64,000 bases of DNA from Leucoraja ocellata (taxonomy: Eukaryota). Positions 1-12,500 of this stretch are shown here, in pieces. The stretch lies in contig JAWMAR010000390.1 in assembly GCA_036785375.1 (NCBI GenBank), positions 62,001-126,000 of the forward strand. Reading direction: 5' to 3'. The notes under the pieces were generated by a model. That model ran no database searches and was not told the origin of the DNA. It saw only the letters and a program-made list of their open reading frames with translations. Positions within the stretch are counted from its first letter, which is position 1. Each line of letters starts with the position of its first letter. Made by a program: the position numbers and the translations under genes.

Positions 1-574
1 AAACTCGGGAGAGCTCTTGGAATGAACTCGTACCATGGGACAGGGCTATTAGGAAAACTCAGCTGAGAGTGAGCACCAAACTTAAGATTGTGCATAACAG
101 CTGAACTAACAGGAAATCTGTCTTCTCCTTTTATACATTATCACACAGTAACTGCTTAAACACAGTATTTTTGATCAATGTACAATTTCCACGTGCAAAA
201 GCTACAGCTTTCGTATCTATGCATCACACTATGGTAGACCCATCATTCACATGTGATGCTGTTTGAGATGTCCATCTTATGATGGAGTGTTCTGTAGAGA
301 CAGAGTACAGATTTAACTCGACACACCTTAACTCATGTTCTGACCTTATGTCATGTTGCTTCTTCAGTCTGAAGAAGGGTCCTGACACGAAACGTCGCCT
401 ATTTCTTCGCTTCACAGATGCTGCCTCACCCGCTGAGTTTCTCCAGCATTTGTATCTACCTTCGATTTTTCCAGCATCTGCAGTTCTTTCTTAAACTTAA
501 CTCGTGTTTCTATCACTTTCCCTGTGTGGGAATGGGATTATTCGCTGCAGTGATCTAACACAGCAGGATTTAGA

Positions 575-1200
575 AAGGGATGTAAAGAGAATCCACGGAA
601 CTATCGGCTAGTGAGCCTCAGGTTAGTGGTACGGAAGCTATAGCAGATAATCCTTTGAAATAGGGTTTACTCCCATTCGGAAGCGAATGGGCTAATTAGG
701 CATAGCCATCACAGCATTGTATGCGGCAGGTCGTGTCTTACTAACTTGATTGAGCTTTTGAGGAGGTGACCAAGGAGATTGATGAAGATATAGTGGTGAT
801 ATTACATACATGGATTTTAGTATGGATTTTGATAAAGTCCCTCATAGTAAGATGATCAGAAGATTATGATGCACCAAATTCACTGGTGACTTGGCCGTGT
901 GGATTCAGAACCGGCTTATTCAAACAATGAAGGTGACGGAGGAAGGAAGATATTCTGGCTGGAGGTCTGTGACCAGTAGAGTTCGCAGGAATCTGTACTG
1001 TGACCTCAAAGATAGACCCAACATGATGGAGTAACTCAGCGGGACAGGCAGCACCTCCGGAGAGAAGGAATGGGTGACGTTTCAGGTTGAGACCCTGTGA
1101 TATGTATAAATGACCTGGATGTAAATGTAGACGTGTTGGTGAGTACGTTTGCCGACAACACCAAAATTGGAGGAGTTGCAGACAGTGGGAAAGGGGGTCA
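575..1200 (+). mobile_element. Degenerate CR1-type LINE RT fragment with a Penelope-type repeat inserted (~1008-1095)
   Basis: Frameshifted NYR..SL, SCLTNLIE, FDKVPH and FAD.TK motifs. Confidence 0.8.
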
Positions 1201-2791
1201 GAAGATTCGGCAGAATCACCTTAGATCACCTGGTTAAAGCCAAAGAGTACATGATGGACATCTATATTCATTCAAAGTGCCGTGAGTCCCACTGCTGCTT
1301 CTGTTTTAAATGGCATCTTAATTTTTCGATGTTATTTTCTGAACCAGAGAGGAACAATGTTAGGCATATACAATGTCAAACATGGTTGCACTCAGCACAA
1401 TGACGGAATATTATGTCGAGTTTACCACTGATATTTGGCGTGTGATGTTTTACAGGCTAAGGGATGATCTTGTATCACAGCCGGGTTGGTGAATTCTGTG
1501 GGAAGTGTGTACTTCCTTACACTAATAGTCATAGAGCTTTTGAGGTGAAGATTATACTTGTATATGGTCATGGGATATGGGCATCATTAGCATTTATTAC
1601 CCATCCCAAGTTTTCCCTGAATGCCGTGATCTCCCATGTTAGAGGACAGTTAAAACTCCACCACGTTAATAAGATTGATGTCATCTGAACGCTAGTACCA
1701 TGTAAGAATGGCAAATTCCCTTCCCTGAAAGACATCTGAAGGCAGAGACAGATAGATTTGTGATTAGTGCGGGTGTCAGGGTTATGGGGTGAAGGCAGGA
1801 GAATGGGATAAGGAGCGAGAGATAGATCAGCCATGACTGAATGGTGGAGTAGACTTAATGGGCCGAATGGCCTAATTCTGCTCCTATCACTTATGACCTT
1901 ATGGTCACTAACATATCTTATGTCCAGCCAGGAGTATGAAATGGAGCATCCCCTGTGTAACTATGGTTACAAGATGCAAATTACAATCCTACAAGTAAAC
2001 ACTACTGTATGAGCATTTAGTCACAACAACTAGCTACCCAATCTTTTATCTATGGAGAATGAGAATGGACAAAAAGAATTCAAGGAATTTTTGAATCCAT
2101 TTTGGCAGTGTCGCTAAACTATGATCATATCTGAAATTCAAAGACTCTGCTGCTCATAATCGATTGGTCAATAGAAGCATGTTTTTCCCTTCGTACAGTT
2201 GGTTTAAAGTATAATTAGCTAGATAGCGCTGTCAATTAGCCCCTTTCCTACAGTTTTAGGCGCAAATAGTTTTGACCAAAAGTTTGTTGCAGGCAAGGAA
2301 ACAGCACATCTGGGGGCACAAGTGAACAGTGAGCAGCTCCAGTAACCATCTCAGCATTATACACAACAAAGCAATAGTCCATTTGGCATCCCATTCCATC
2401 ACAACCTCCAACAAAACACCTTTCTAACTGGGAATACCCATTTGTCACTGCATCAGAGGGTCAAATTCCTGGATGTGTCAACAGCATTGTGACAATGTTT
2501 AAACCACACAGTGTAGCAGCTGTAGAGGCTCCTCACCATTATCTCAATGGAAATTAGGATAGGCATTAACCAACGGTTTCCTAATAACACCCATCCCATT
2601 TATGATTTTTTTTTTATGTTGTTGGATTGTAAAATTAAGACGGAGAAGCAGCGTTGAAGTTGGATCAAGTCAATGTGGACCATGAAGAAAAATAAAAATT
2701 GAATTGAGGGGAGGAAAAAGGGAAACAATGTAACCCAAGCTTAAAATATGTTTAAAATCTTTATAATATTCATAATATTCATATATAATCA

Positions 2792-3085
2792 TTCCAGGAC
2801 AAGGGGTCACAGCTTAAGGATAAGGGGGAAATCCTTTAAAACCGAGATGAGAAGAACTTTTTTCACAGAGAGTGGTGAATCTCTGGAACTCTCTGCCACA
2901 GAGGGTAGTCGAGGCCAGTTCATTGGCTATATTTAAAAGGGAGTTAGATGTGGCCCTTGTGGCTAAGGGGATCAGAGGGTATGGAGAGAAGGCAGGTACG
3001 GGATACTGAGTTGGATGATCAGCCATGATCATATTGAATGGCGGGGAAGGGCCGAATGGCCTACTCCTGCACCTAATTTCTATAA
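2792..3085 (+). mobile_element. CR1/HER1-like LINE 3' end
   Basis: [22 protein letters not shown]2 terminus plus tail GATCAGCCATGATCATATTGAATGGCG...GGCCGAATGGCCTACTCCTGCACC; similar tails at ~1740-1905, 5850-5980, 14440-14640, 61120-61330. Confidence 0.85.
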
Positions 3086-3462
3086 CCTGAAGAATGAAGC
3101 CACTGTTGTAACTTCATTATTAGTGCCATGTAGAACATTCCCAGTTAACAACCCTTAGTAAACCAGTGAAAGTGCATTAGGCTTGCAAACAAAAGTCTCC
3201 CAGCTTTGCCTCCTCTCACAGACTATCAAGAGGATCTGGAAGTTGGACCTCAAGACTCACTGTGCAAGGTCCATGTGATTCCCAGGCCTGAGGAGCAGCA
3301 AGACCAGCTTTCCATGTCTCGCTCAGGTAAGTGCAGGTGAGTGAGGACTGCACGCAGATTCCAGTCAATGAGCCAGATAAAACACGATCTTGGCCAATGG
3401 CAAGTGCAATTAACCCCAAGTACAATGAAGTCTACCAGCACTTTCTAGCTCAATATAACTAC

Positions 3463-3569
3463 CTTAACGCCTTGGAGTATTTGTTGTCAGCCACGATCCA
3501 GTTCTGGGATTTAAAGAAGTTATTTCCAAGATTCTTTAAGTCTTCTGCGATCCGAAAAATAGTATCAAC
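3463..3569 (-). CDS. PPID: PPID coding exon 6 ([36 protein letters not shown])
   Basis: Acceptor CAG at 3572-3570, donor GTAGTT at 3462; 107 nt; TPR1 with K..GN..FK clamp motif. Confidence 0.96.
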
Positions 3570-6500
3570 CTGTTAAATTAATCATTTTGAAAATGCTTGA
3601 TCATTACAAGAAAATGCAATGAAACAAAAACAATATACTGGTAAAGGATTTAATGTGGAACCCTGGAAGGTCATAAGGGATAGAAGCAGAATTAGGCCAT
3701 TTGGCCCATCAAGTCTACTCTGCCATTCAGTCACAATAATACTTTATTAGCCAAGTATGCTTTGCAACATACGAGGAATTTCATTTGCCAAGTCAGTCAT
3801 ACAAATAAAAAGCAACGGTACACACAAAACACATTTTAACATAAACATCCATCATAGAGACTCCTCATGGCCTTATCTATCTCTTCCTCCTAACCCCATT
3901 CTCCTGCCTTCTCCCCATAACCCCTAACACCCATACTAATCAAGAATCTATCTATCGCTGCATTAAAAATATCCACCGACTTGACCTCCACAGCCTTCTG
4001 TGGAGGGAACCACAAATGGTACCCCAATGGATTTGAAATTATTGGTTTTGGTTATGTTCCCGCTTTCCTTCTCTTACAGTACTTATAAATTGCTGGGTTA
4101 TCTCATCAACAGGGTGAAGCCTGCCCTTGAACAGGGCACCTAGCAGTTCCACTTGACTTTCAGCAGTCAACTTCGACAGAAAATAGTTAAACGCCACCTG
4201 CAGTTCTTGGCTCACTTTTTCCGGAGAGCCTGAGGCGTCAATATCTTTTTTTTTTGTCTGTCTGCCGTAGTATAAATTGCGGAAAATCAAAAGCACAGAA
4301 ATCAACACAATTGCAGAACTCGTTGTCCAAATTGTAGTCGTCACATGCTGGTAATTTCTCTGTATCTGTGCATCTAAAGTTTTGCACGCTGCTCCAAAGA
4401 TGCAGTTAATAGGATTGGCAATCCCAAAAATACTGATCAAGTTGATCATTTATCGATTGAGCATTGATCGTACTGATCAACTTAGGGGCGGCACAGTGAC
4501 ACAGCGGGAGAGCTGCTGCCTTACAGTGCCAGAGACCCAGGTTCAATCCTGATGACAGGTGATGTTTATACAGACTTTGTACGTTCTACCACTGACTGCG
4601 TGGGTTTTCTCCGGGTGCTCCAGTTTGCACGCATTCCAAAGATGTACAGCTTTATAGGTTAATTAGCCCTAGTGCAAGAGTTCCCAACCTGGGGTAAATT
4701 TACCCCCAGGGGGGTAAATTTGTTGGTTCTGGATTTGTTAAAAACAGTATTTTAATATGTCCCCTTTGTCGATTGTTTTATTAATAATCGAATTACTGAA
4801 CAAAACAGGATGGGGGTAAATTTACTTTTGAAAAGTTGCCAGGAGGTAAACGGGACAAAAAAGGTTGGGAACCCCTGCCCTAATGTATAGGAGAGTGTTG
4901 GTGTCTGGGGTGATCACTGCTCGGTGCCAACTCTGTAGATCTAATGCCCCTGTCCCACTTAGGAAACCTGAACGGAAACCTCTGGAGACTTTGCGCCCCA
5001 CCCAAGGTTTCCGTGCGGTTCCCGGAGGTTGCCGGAGGTTTTTGTCAGTCTCCCTACCTGCTTCCACTACCTGCAACCTCCAGCAACCACCTAAGTGGGA
5101 CATGGGCATAATGCTCTGTTTTTGCGCTGTACCTCTAAAGTCAAACAAGACAAGATGTAATAAACACTGCAATGATTCTTGTAATTTAAAAAAAAATAGA
5201 TATTAAAAAAGCTTGAATTTTCAAAATTGTTGCTCATTTCAGCAAAAATCTTTCAAATCAATTCTACTCTGGCCCCCTCCAAAAATCAACTAAATTCTTA
5301 GCTACATTGAAACTGAACATTGTATTGTCAGACTTTAAATAGTTATTTTATACTTTGTTCCCTGATTACAAAGTAAACCTCCTTGCTAGATTGTTGTCAA
5401 AATGGTTCTACAGTTTCTGTGTGATTACTGTGTACAACAAATGTGTTCTGCAAATGGTCAAAACTATCAATTTGCTTCAGCATTTGCAAGAGTCCTCAAC
5501 GTCTAAACTGGCAACGTTGCTTTTTATCATGCTTAGCCCTGTGATCGAGTGGCGTTTCTAGTTATGTTTCAAACACACAGCTATGTCAGCTAAAAGCCAA
5601 AGGGTATCTTCCTTTCAACAGCACACTGCAGCTGGCCCACTGATGTGTGCGGAGAGCCAAAACCAACAGTCACCCGGCCCATGTCTTCATCAAGTATCGG
5701 GTTGTTTGAGGTCAAGCAGTTCTACAATTTCATTTTCCTCATATTTAGGGTGCACAGGTTCAGAGGAGCATCCACGTTGTTGCTGAAGACAAACCATTTA
5801 ACCTCTAATGTCGTGCACCATCATGCTACTTAAATGTCACATGAAATGGATCAGCGGTGTCAGAGGTTATGGGGAGCAGGCAGGAGAATGGGGTTAGGAG
5901 GGAGAGCTAGATCAGCCATGATTGAATGGCGGAGTAGACTTGATGGGCCAAATGGCCTAATTCTGCTCCTATCACTTATGAAATTGGTTTTAAGCAACAA
6001 AATTGTGAGAGTGCTCATAATCTCAGCAGGCTAAATGTAATTCAACTGGGCTGCATGGTATAATTCTGAGTCTGCTCAATTACTGATTTTTCACACAAGG
6101 TATAATGGGAACATTTATCTAATGACTTTTGATTTAGGTGGGGAGTTAAGGCTGCCATTCACAACTGTCAGCTGGTGATCCCCCCCCCCCCCCCATTCAA
6201 TACTGAACGAGAGGACAACCGGATTGGTTTTAACGTTGACATTTTCTTCTGGGCTAGACTTGCACATGAAAATATCTGGAGGTGTGATCGGTGGGAACAG
6301 GAACCACCCATGGAACAAAATTCCAAAGTGCTTTTAGGTAGGAGCAGGGGACATCAAAATAAAAAAGTAAAGACATACCACAAATCTCCCAGCAAATCTA
6401 CTTGGAAAGAACTCAAAATTACTTACATCATTTAAATCTCCATCAATATCCTCGGGGAAATCTGGATATGCATCCCCTGATCCATCAGCAGGAGCTAGAC

Positions 6501-9500
6501 CCAAATCATCTCCTTCTTTAAGTTCGCCACAGTTTTCTATAATACATTGCTGCAGTAATGTAAATACACCTTCAGTAAACAGTAAGCAAAGAAATCTTGC
6601 ACAGAGTAAAAGTTTACCATATTAAGAATATTCAGCAAATGGAAACATCAACTTTTATAACAGCCTTAATTGGCGTTTGGTTTCCTGCAGATCGTTACAA
6701 AGTAAGGCCAGTTTATTATAACATCTTGAAAGGTTATAATACGTGGAAACTATGTCTAACATACTCTGATTCAGTAAATTGAGACAAACCACATTTCAGT
6801 AACCTAATAAGTCGAAAGCTGATTCTTATCTATGGAAAATTAATAACAGTTTTATAAAAAACAAATTGAAGGCCCCGGGAACTTCTATCCATCACACAGC
6901 TATTATTCCTTTCAAATGATTAAAGTGAAAAAATAGTGCCCTGGTAAAAAGCGATAGAAGACACATCCAGTATGTAAACCCCAACATAATAGGAAATGAT
7001 TAAGAAGCATGGCCATTCGGCCCAAATGTCTTGACCTGTCCTTTATCCATGCTAGATAAAATTAAGCTACTCTGCATGTAGCTTCCATCTTCTACCACTC
7101 TAAAAAATTGTTTATTTCTTTTGGAACAAGAAATTTGTCTGTTTGCTTTGCATCATCGAGAAATTCCTTCCCATCCCTCTCCTCACATTCAGACTGCTCA
7201 ATGGACAACCTGTAACTCCTGCTTTTCCTCCTAATCAACTGGCTCCAACACAAGAGTGAAAGTAAACGTTCAGGACTCATATTGGTAAATCAAGGAACTG
7301 TTGCCCCCCCCCCCCCCCCCCCCTTCTCAGGGATCAGTGCAAGGACTGATTTTGGTCCACATATAAATTTGGATTTGCAAACAATTTTCCATTTTCAGAT
7401 GACATTCAATACAGAAGGCCGAGGAAAACATTGATTATATTGCAAGTAATTGCACATGCAAACTTGGATATAATGCAAGTAATTGCACATCACCACTGAC
7501 ACAAGATCAGTTTTGGGAGGAATAAGAAAAGTCACATGCTATTTTATTTTGAGGTGTGGAAAACCAATATATTTTTTTACTCTCCCTTTTTTTTAAGTCC
7601 TAACGTGGTCATCTTTTCCTTCTGCTGATATGAGTGCAAGCACACCAAAAGAATGATGAATTTAAAAAAGAAAAAAAAAACTTGCATTTCCTTGTGTCTT
7701 TTGTGACCTCAGCATGCCATCGTGTTATAGTTGGTAAAACACACTTGAACTGCATTCAAGTTGTCATGTGGGACACACGGCAGTTAAATGCACATAGCAA
7801 CTGCCCACAGAGAGTAACTTGATAATGATTAGATCATCTATTTTAGTTATTCTGACTGAGGGATAAATATTGGTCAAGTCTCTGTTTCGAAATACTCATG
7901 TGACCTTCCACATCGTTTTCAAATAGGATCCAGGTTTCATATCACTCCCAACTGATGTCCCCTCCACAAGTGCAGCACTCATTCACACTACAACTAGGTA
8001 TGAGTCCACACTTTGTGCTGTCACAAAGCACCCAACTATCTGACTTGTCTATGAACAGGCTTGTGCTGCTCACTGTGAAACAGTCAAATAGAGCATAGAA
8101 CATGGGAGCATTGCAACAGAGTGGGGTCAAGGAAAGAGCGTTCACGTCGCAGCCCTGTTTCCACCAATCCTTCCACCGCCACGCACAAGAAGCGCAAGAC
8201 AGACACTATTGTGCAGATGCCGAGACGTGTGCTCAGCTCTGGCTGAACAACTTCTAATCTTGTGTGTGGACTCGATAAGAAGAGCACAGAAGTAGGCACT
8301 TCAGCCTGAATATGACCCCAAGTTAAACTAATCTCTCCTGCCTGCACAATGATTCTAAAGATTGGATAGACTCAGTTTGGACTCGCTAGAATTTAGAAGA
8401 TTGAGGGGGGAATCTTATAGAAACTTACAAAATTCCTGATGTTGGGGAAGTGCAGAACAAGGGGTCACAGTTTAAGGATAAGGGGGAAATCTTTTAGGAC
8501 CGAGATGAGGAAAACATTTTTCACACAGAGATTGGTGAACCTGTGGAATTCTCTGCCACAGAAGGTAGTTGAGGCCAGTTCATTGGCTTATATTTAAGAG
8601 GGAATTAGATGTGGCCCTTGTGGCTAAAGGGATCAGGGGGTCTGGAGAGAAGGCAGGTACAGGATACTTTACAATTACAATTACAATTATTGTATTGTCA
8701 TTTGAGCCTCAGTGAGGCTCAAACGAAATTCTGTTTCCACAGCCATACAAACAAAGACAATTCCTAGACATACACACAATTAAATTCACACAAACATCCA
8801 TCACAGTGGGTCCACTGTGATGGAAGGCAACAGTTCTTCTACTGAGTTGATGATCAGCCATGATCATATTGAATGGCGGTGCAGGCTCGAAGGGCCGAAT
8901 GGCCTACTCCTGCACCTATTTTCTATGTATCTATGATCCATACCCCCCCCCCCCCTCCCCCCCATATCCATCAAATGGGAAGTTGTACTAACATCCCCCA
9001 CAATTTGGAAACAGAACATTCTGGAAACACTCAGAAACTCAGGCAGCGTTGTGGAAATTGAAACAGGGTTAATGTTTTGGGTCAACGACCCTTTGTCACA
9101 ACTGGGAAAGAAAAAAATGGTTTTATGCTGAAGAAAAAATGGGCACAGAAGCCGAATGGGATATCCGTGATAGATTGGACCAGGGTTGTGAGGATGGGTT
9201 GTCAGGTGAAACATAGGGGTAAAAAGGTGCAGGAGTAGGCCATTCGGCCCTTCGAGTCAGCACCTGTCAGGCAAGGCAGACAAAATCTAGGTGCTGACAA
9301 GAATGGGCGACTGAAATGTTATTGCCATTCCGGAAACCTGGATAAGGGAGGAACAGGACATGGCAATGTAAAGTTCCCAGGTGCAGGTGAGAAATAGTTT
9401 GGTGCAAAAGAGGAGGGGGTGGGGATTGCTTTACTGATTAAGGAGAGCATCACAGTGGTCTTTAATTTGAAAAGAGAGTGAGATTTGGAGAACAGAGCCA

Positions 9501-12500
9501 TTAGCGAAGTCATTAGAAGACAGATAAGATGAGGGAGAAGGACAAGAGCACAAGCACTAAACAGTAAGGAGCTACAGTCTTTTGCCCTTCAGTTTAAAAA
9601 GAGCGGGAGACTTGGAAAACAGAGCAATTAAGTCAGTTGAGGACAGTTAAATTCATAAGTGATAGGAGGAGAATTAGGGCATCCGGCCCATCAAGTTGAC
9701 CCTGCAATCATGGCAGATCTATCTTTCCCTCTCAACCACATTCTCCTGCCTTCTCCCCAAGGTCCGAGGCAAGACAATTTGGACTGGGATTTGGGTAACA
9801 AATAAAAATAAGGCAAGGCTTGACGGAGTGGCCGTGTTTGGGAGAAGCGCTGTGTGTTGGTTAACGTGTGAGTCTTCGGCTTAAGACAAGGGGGCTGAGA
9901 GGCAGATAAGATTCAGTGTGCTCATCTGAAGAAGGGTTCTGGACCCGAAACGTCACCCATTCCTTCTCTCCATAGATGCTGTCTATCCCTCTAAGTTACT
10001 CCAGCTTTTTATTGTCTATGCTCGTGAAACTGTTTTAGCTACAGTGGCATGGCAGGGAAGTTGTTGCAGTGCTCCTCCTGTGGAATGTGGGAAACCAGGG
10101 AAACTGCTGGTGCCCCTGATGGCCAGACATGTGGGAAATATGTCCAGGTGCAGCTCCTTAAAGATCGCATCAAGGAACTGGAGCAGCAGCTGGGTGACCT
10201 CAGGACCATTTGGGAAAATGAGAGCTTCTTAGACAGCTGCGATGGCAAGGCTGTCACACCGAAAATCCAGGAAGAGAAACCGTGATTGACCTCAAGGAAG
10301 GGAAATAGACAAGGAGTGCAGGCAACCCCATTACCTCTTCAAAACAGATGCACTCTCTATTCCAGCGTTTCTCAACCGGGGTTCCCCAGAACGTCAGGGT
10401 TCTGCCAGAGGTTCCACGAGAAATAGTGATAAACTAGACCAGGGGTGTCAAACTACCGGCCCGCGGGCCGCATCCGGCCCTCGAAGGGGCCAGAGCAGCC
10501 CGCGGGATGATTTCCCCAATGCCAGAGTGGCTGCAGCTGTCCCCGGTGCTGGATCGGGCTGCAGATGTTCCAAGTGCCAGGGCGTCTAGGCTCCTCCTGA
10601 GCCGCTGCTCATCTGCGTGACCCGCCTCTCTAGTCAGCCGCGCGCTCCTTATATGGCATGAGAGGCCGCGGCTGGGCGATGCCAGCATTGTGACGACTCC
10701 TTGAATGACACCCAACCCGACCAATCGAACCGCAGATGCCACTCGTGACTGACACCAGGCTGGCCCAATAGGAGAAGGGACTATTGTAGCAATGGTGGAT
10801 ACTTTTCTCGTTACGCTGTGTGGAGCAGCATGGAGGAGGAGAGTCTCTGTTCTAAGCCCTTCCCAGTCTCCCGAACATCCTGACCAGGAGAGGCCACAGC
10901 CTGGAGTCTCTCTTGGATGCCAGTGCTAAAATGGTGGTGGAGAAGTAGACCTAGCGAAACAACAATTGTTTCATTAGGTCTACATTTGTGTCTACTAATA
11001 GGTATGTTACAAAACCTACCTGAATCGCCATTGGGAATCTGCCCACAGCCATGCCCGCGATTTTGGCGCTGTTTGGAGGGGGCGGGTTTAAAACGCGATT
11101 TTCACTAGGCTGTACTAATCGCAGATGTTCAGCCTAGTAAATCATTAACGAAAAATCGCTGCAAGACCCGGTCGCAAAAGGTATTATTAGTTTTATAGGC
11201 CTCGATAATATAGTTATAATAGTTTAAAATTACTCTCTGATTCCGCAACATCTCGCAGCCCCAGGGTTTTATAAAGCAAACAATTAAAGGTATGTACCTT
11301 ATTTTTACATTAAATGGGGCATATATATAACCCTATATATCAAGTTATCTATAACGAGTAGTTCATTTTGGGCTTTTTATATCCCGCAGTATTTTTCTCG
11401 GCATTTGAGGGCACAAATCCAGCGCGCTGTCAACGTTCTAAACCAGCGCGTTCCACATGAACCCACTAGAAAGCCGATTTAAATGGGCATTTATTTACAG
11501 CAATTGAACACTAAATTCCTTCCATTTGGCCTATAAATTAATGTAAATTAGATATAAAAATCATGTTATATTGTGAATTATTTGTGAATAATCTTTGGAC
11601 ACTTAGGCTATTTAAAAATGTTAATCTTTCCTTAAGAAATGGGCCCTTGATTATCCAAGATCACAGCTTTTTTGTAATGTCCATTGAAAATCAATAGGGA
11701 ACAAGATGCTAATTTCCGAGTGTGAAAATGGCCATAACTTTTTTAATACTTGAGATATGAAAGTGAATTTGGTGTCAAATTAAACTTATTGTTATGCTTT
11801 ATCTGATGGGATAAATTGCAGACTTGATTTTTAAAATCTCAAAATTTTGTAACATTGCTACTACTAATGTTCGATTTCAAATGGTTCATTAATGCAAAGG
11901 GTGTGCCTCCCAAAACAATCTTAGTCAAAATAGCATAGCTTTTTCTCTCTCTCATCACAGCTTTCTTGCAGCCTACGAATGTAAGTTAATACCAATCATA
12001 AAAGTAATGCTTGCTAAGCAACCTTCTTCATAAGAAACAAAATTTGTAAAGTGAAACACTTTGTAGTTATAGCAGAGACTGAGAGCAGGTTGAAACATCG
12101 AAGGCAATGAAAGCTGTGGGAGCGTGCGTTCACGTGCACAACTGATCCAGCCTGCATTAAGTTGCATTTTGCCCAATCCGGGCCGTGACCTAAAATGAGT
12201 TTGACACTCCTGAACTAGACCAAGCGTGGACCCGTTGGGTTCCCCTCCCCCAACGCGTCCGGCAATCCCCAACTCAGGGGTTCCCTAAGACATGAAAATT
12301 ATTTCAAGGGTTCCGCAAGGGTAAAAAGGTTGAGGATCCCTGCTCTATTCCCTGAACTCCCACGTGCCTGTCTAAAGGCCTCTCAATTGCCACTACCGTA
12401 TCTGCCTCCACCACCACCACTGGCGATGAGTTCCAGGCGCCACCACTCCATGTAAAACAATAATGTGCCCTGCACTTCTCCAATACATTTTCCCCCTCTC

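Larger units (their letters stand above)
4484..5140 (+). mobile_element. HE1-type tRNA-derived V-SINE interrupted by two MITEs
   Basis: tRNA-like head GGCGGCACAGTGACACAGCGG...GGTTCAATCC, central TGCGTGGGTTTTCTCCGGGTGCTCCAGTTT; further copies at 19872-20138(-), 23703-24240(-), 50418-50695(+), 51250-51475(-). Confidence 0.8.
10363..12342. mobile_element. Outer hAT non-autonomous element of a nested cluster
   Basis: TIRs CAGCGTTTCTCAACC / GGTTGAGGATCCCTG; exact 8-bp TSD CTCTATTC (10355-10362, 12343-12350). Confidence 0.85.

Noticed and set aside
1-3462. PPID exons 7-10
   Set aside because: Searched by eye for the expected TPR2/3 sequence and found none; presumably left of the window.
4484-4560. 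SINE heads as real tRNA genes
   Set aside because: A/B boxes are present but there is no cloverleaf, and they continue into the V-SINE body.
5640-5800. Possible extra minus-strand exon ([30 protein letters not shown])
   Set aside because: In-frame stop, no homology recognised, and PPID exons 5 and 6 already join in frame.
7303-7323. Poly-C/G runs (also ~6180, 18268, 19415, 56378)
   Set aside because: Simple homopolymers common throughout the window; no specific function supportable.
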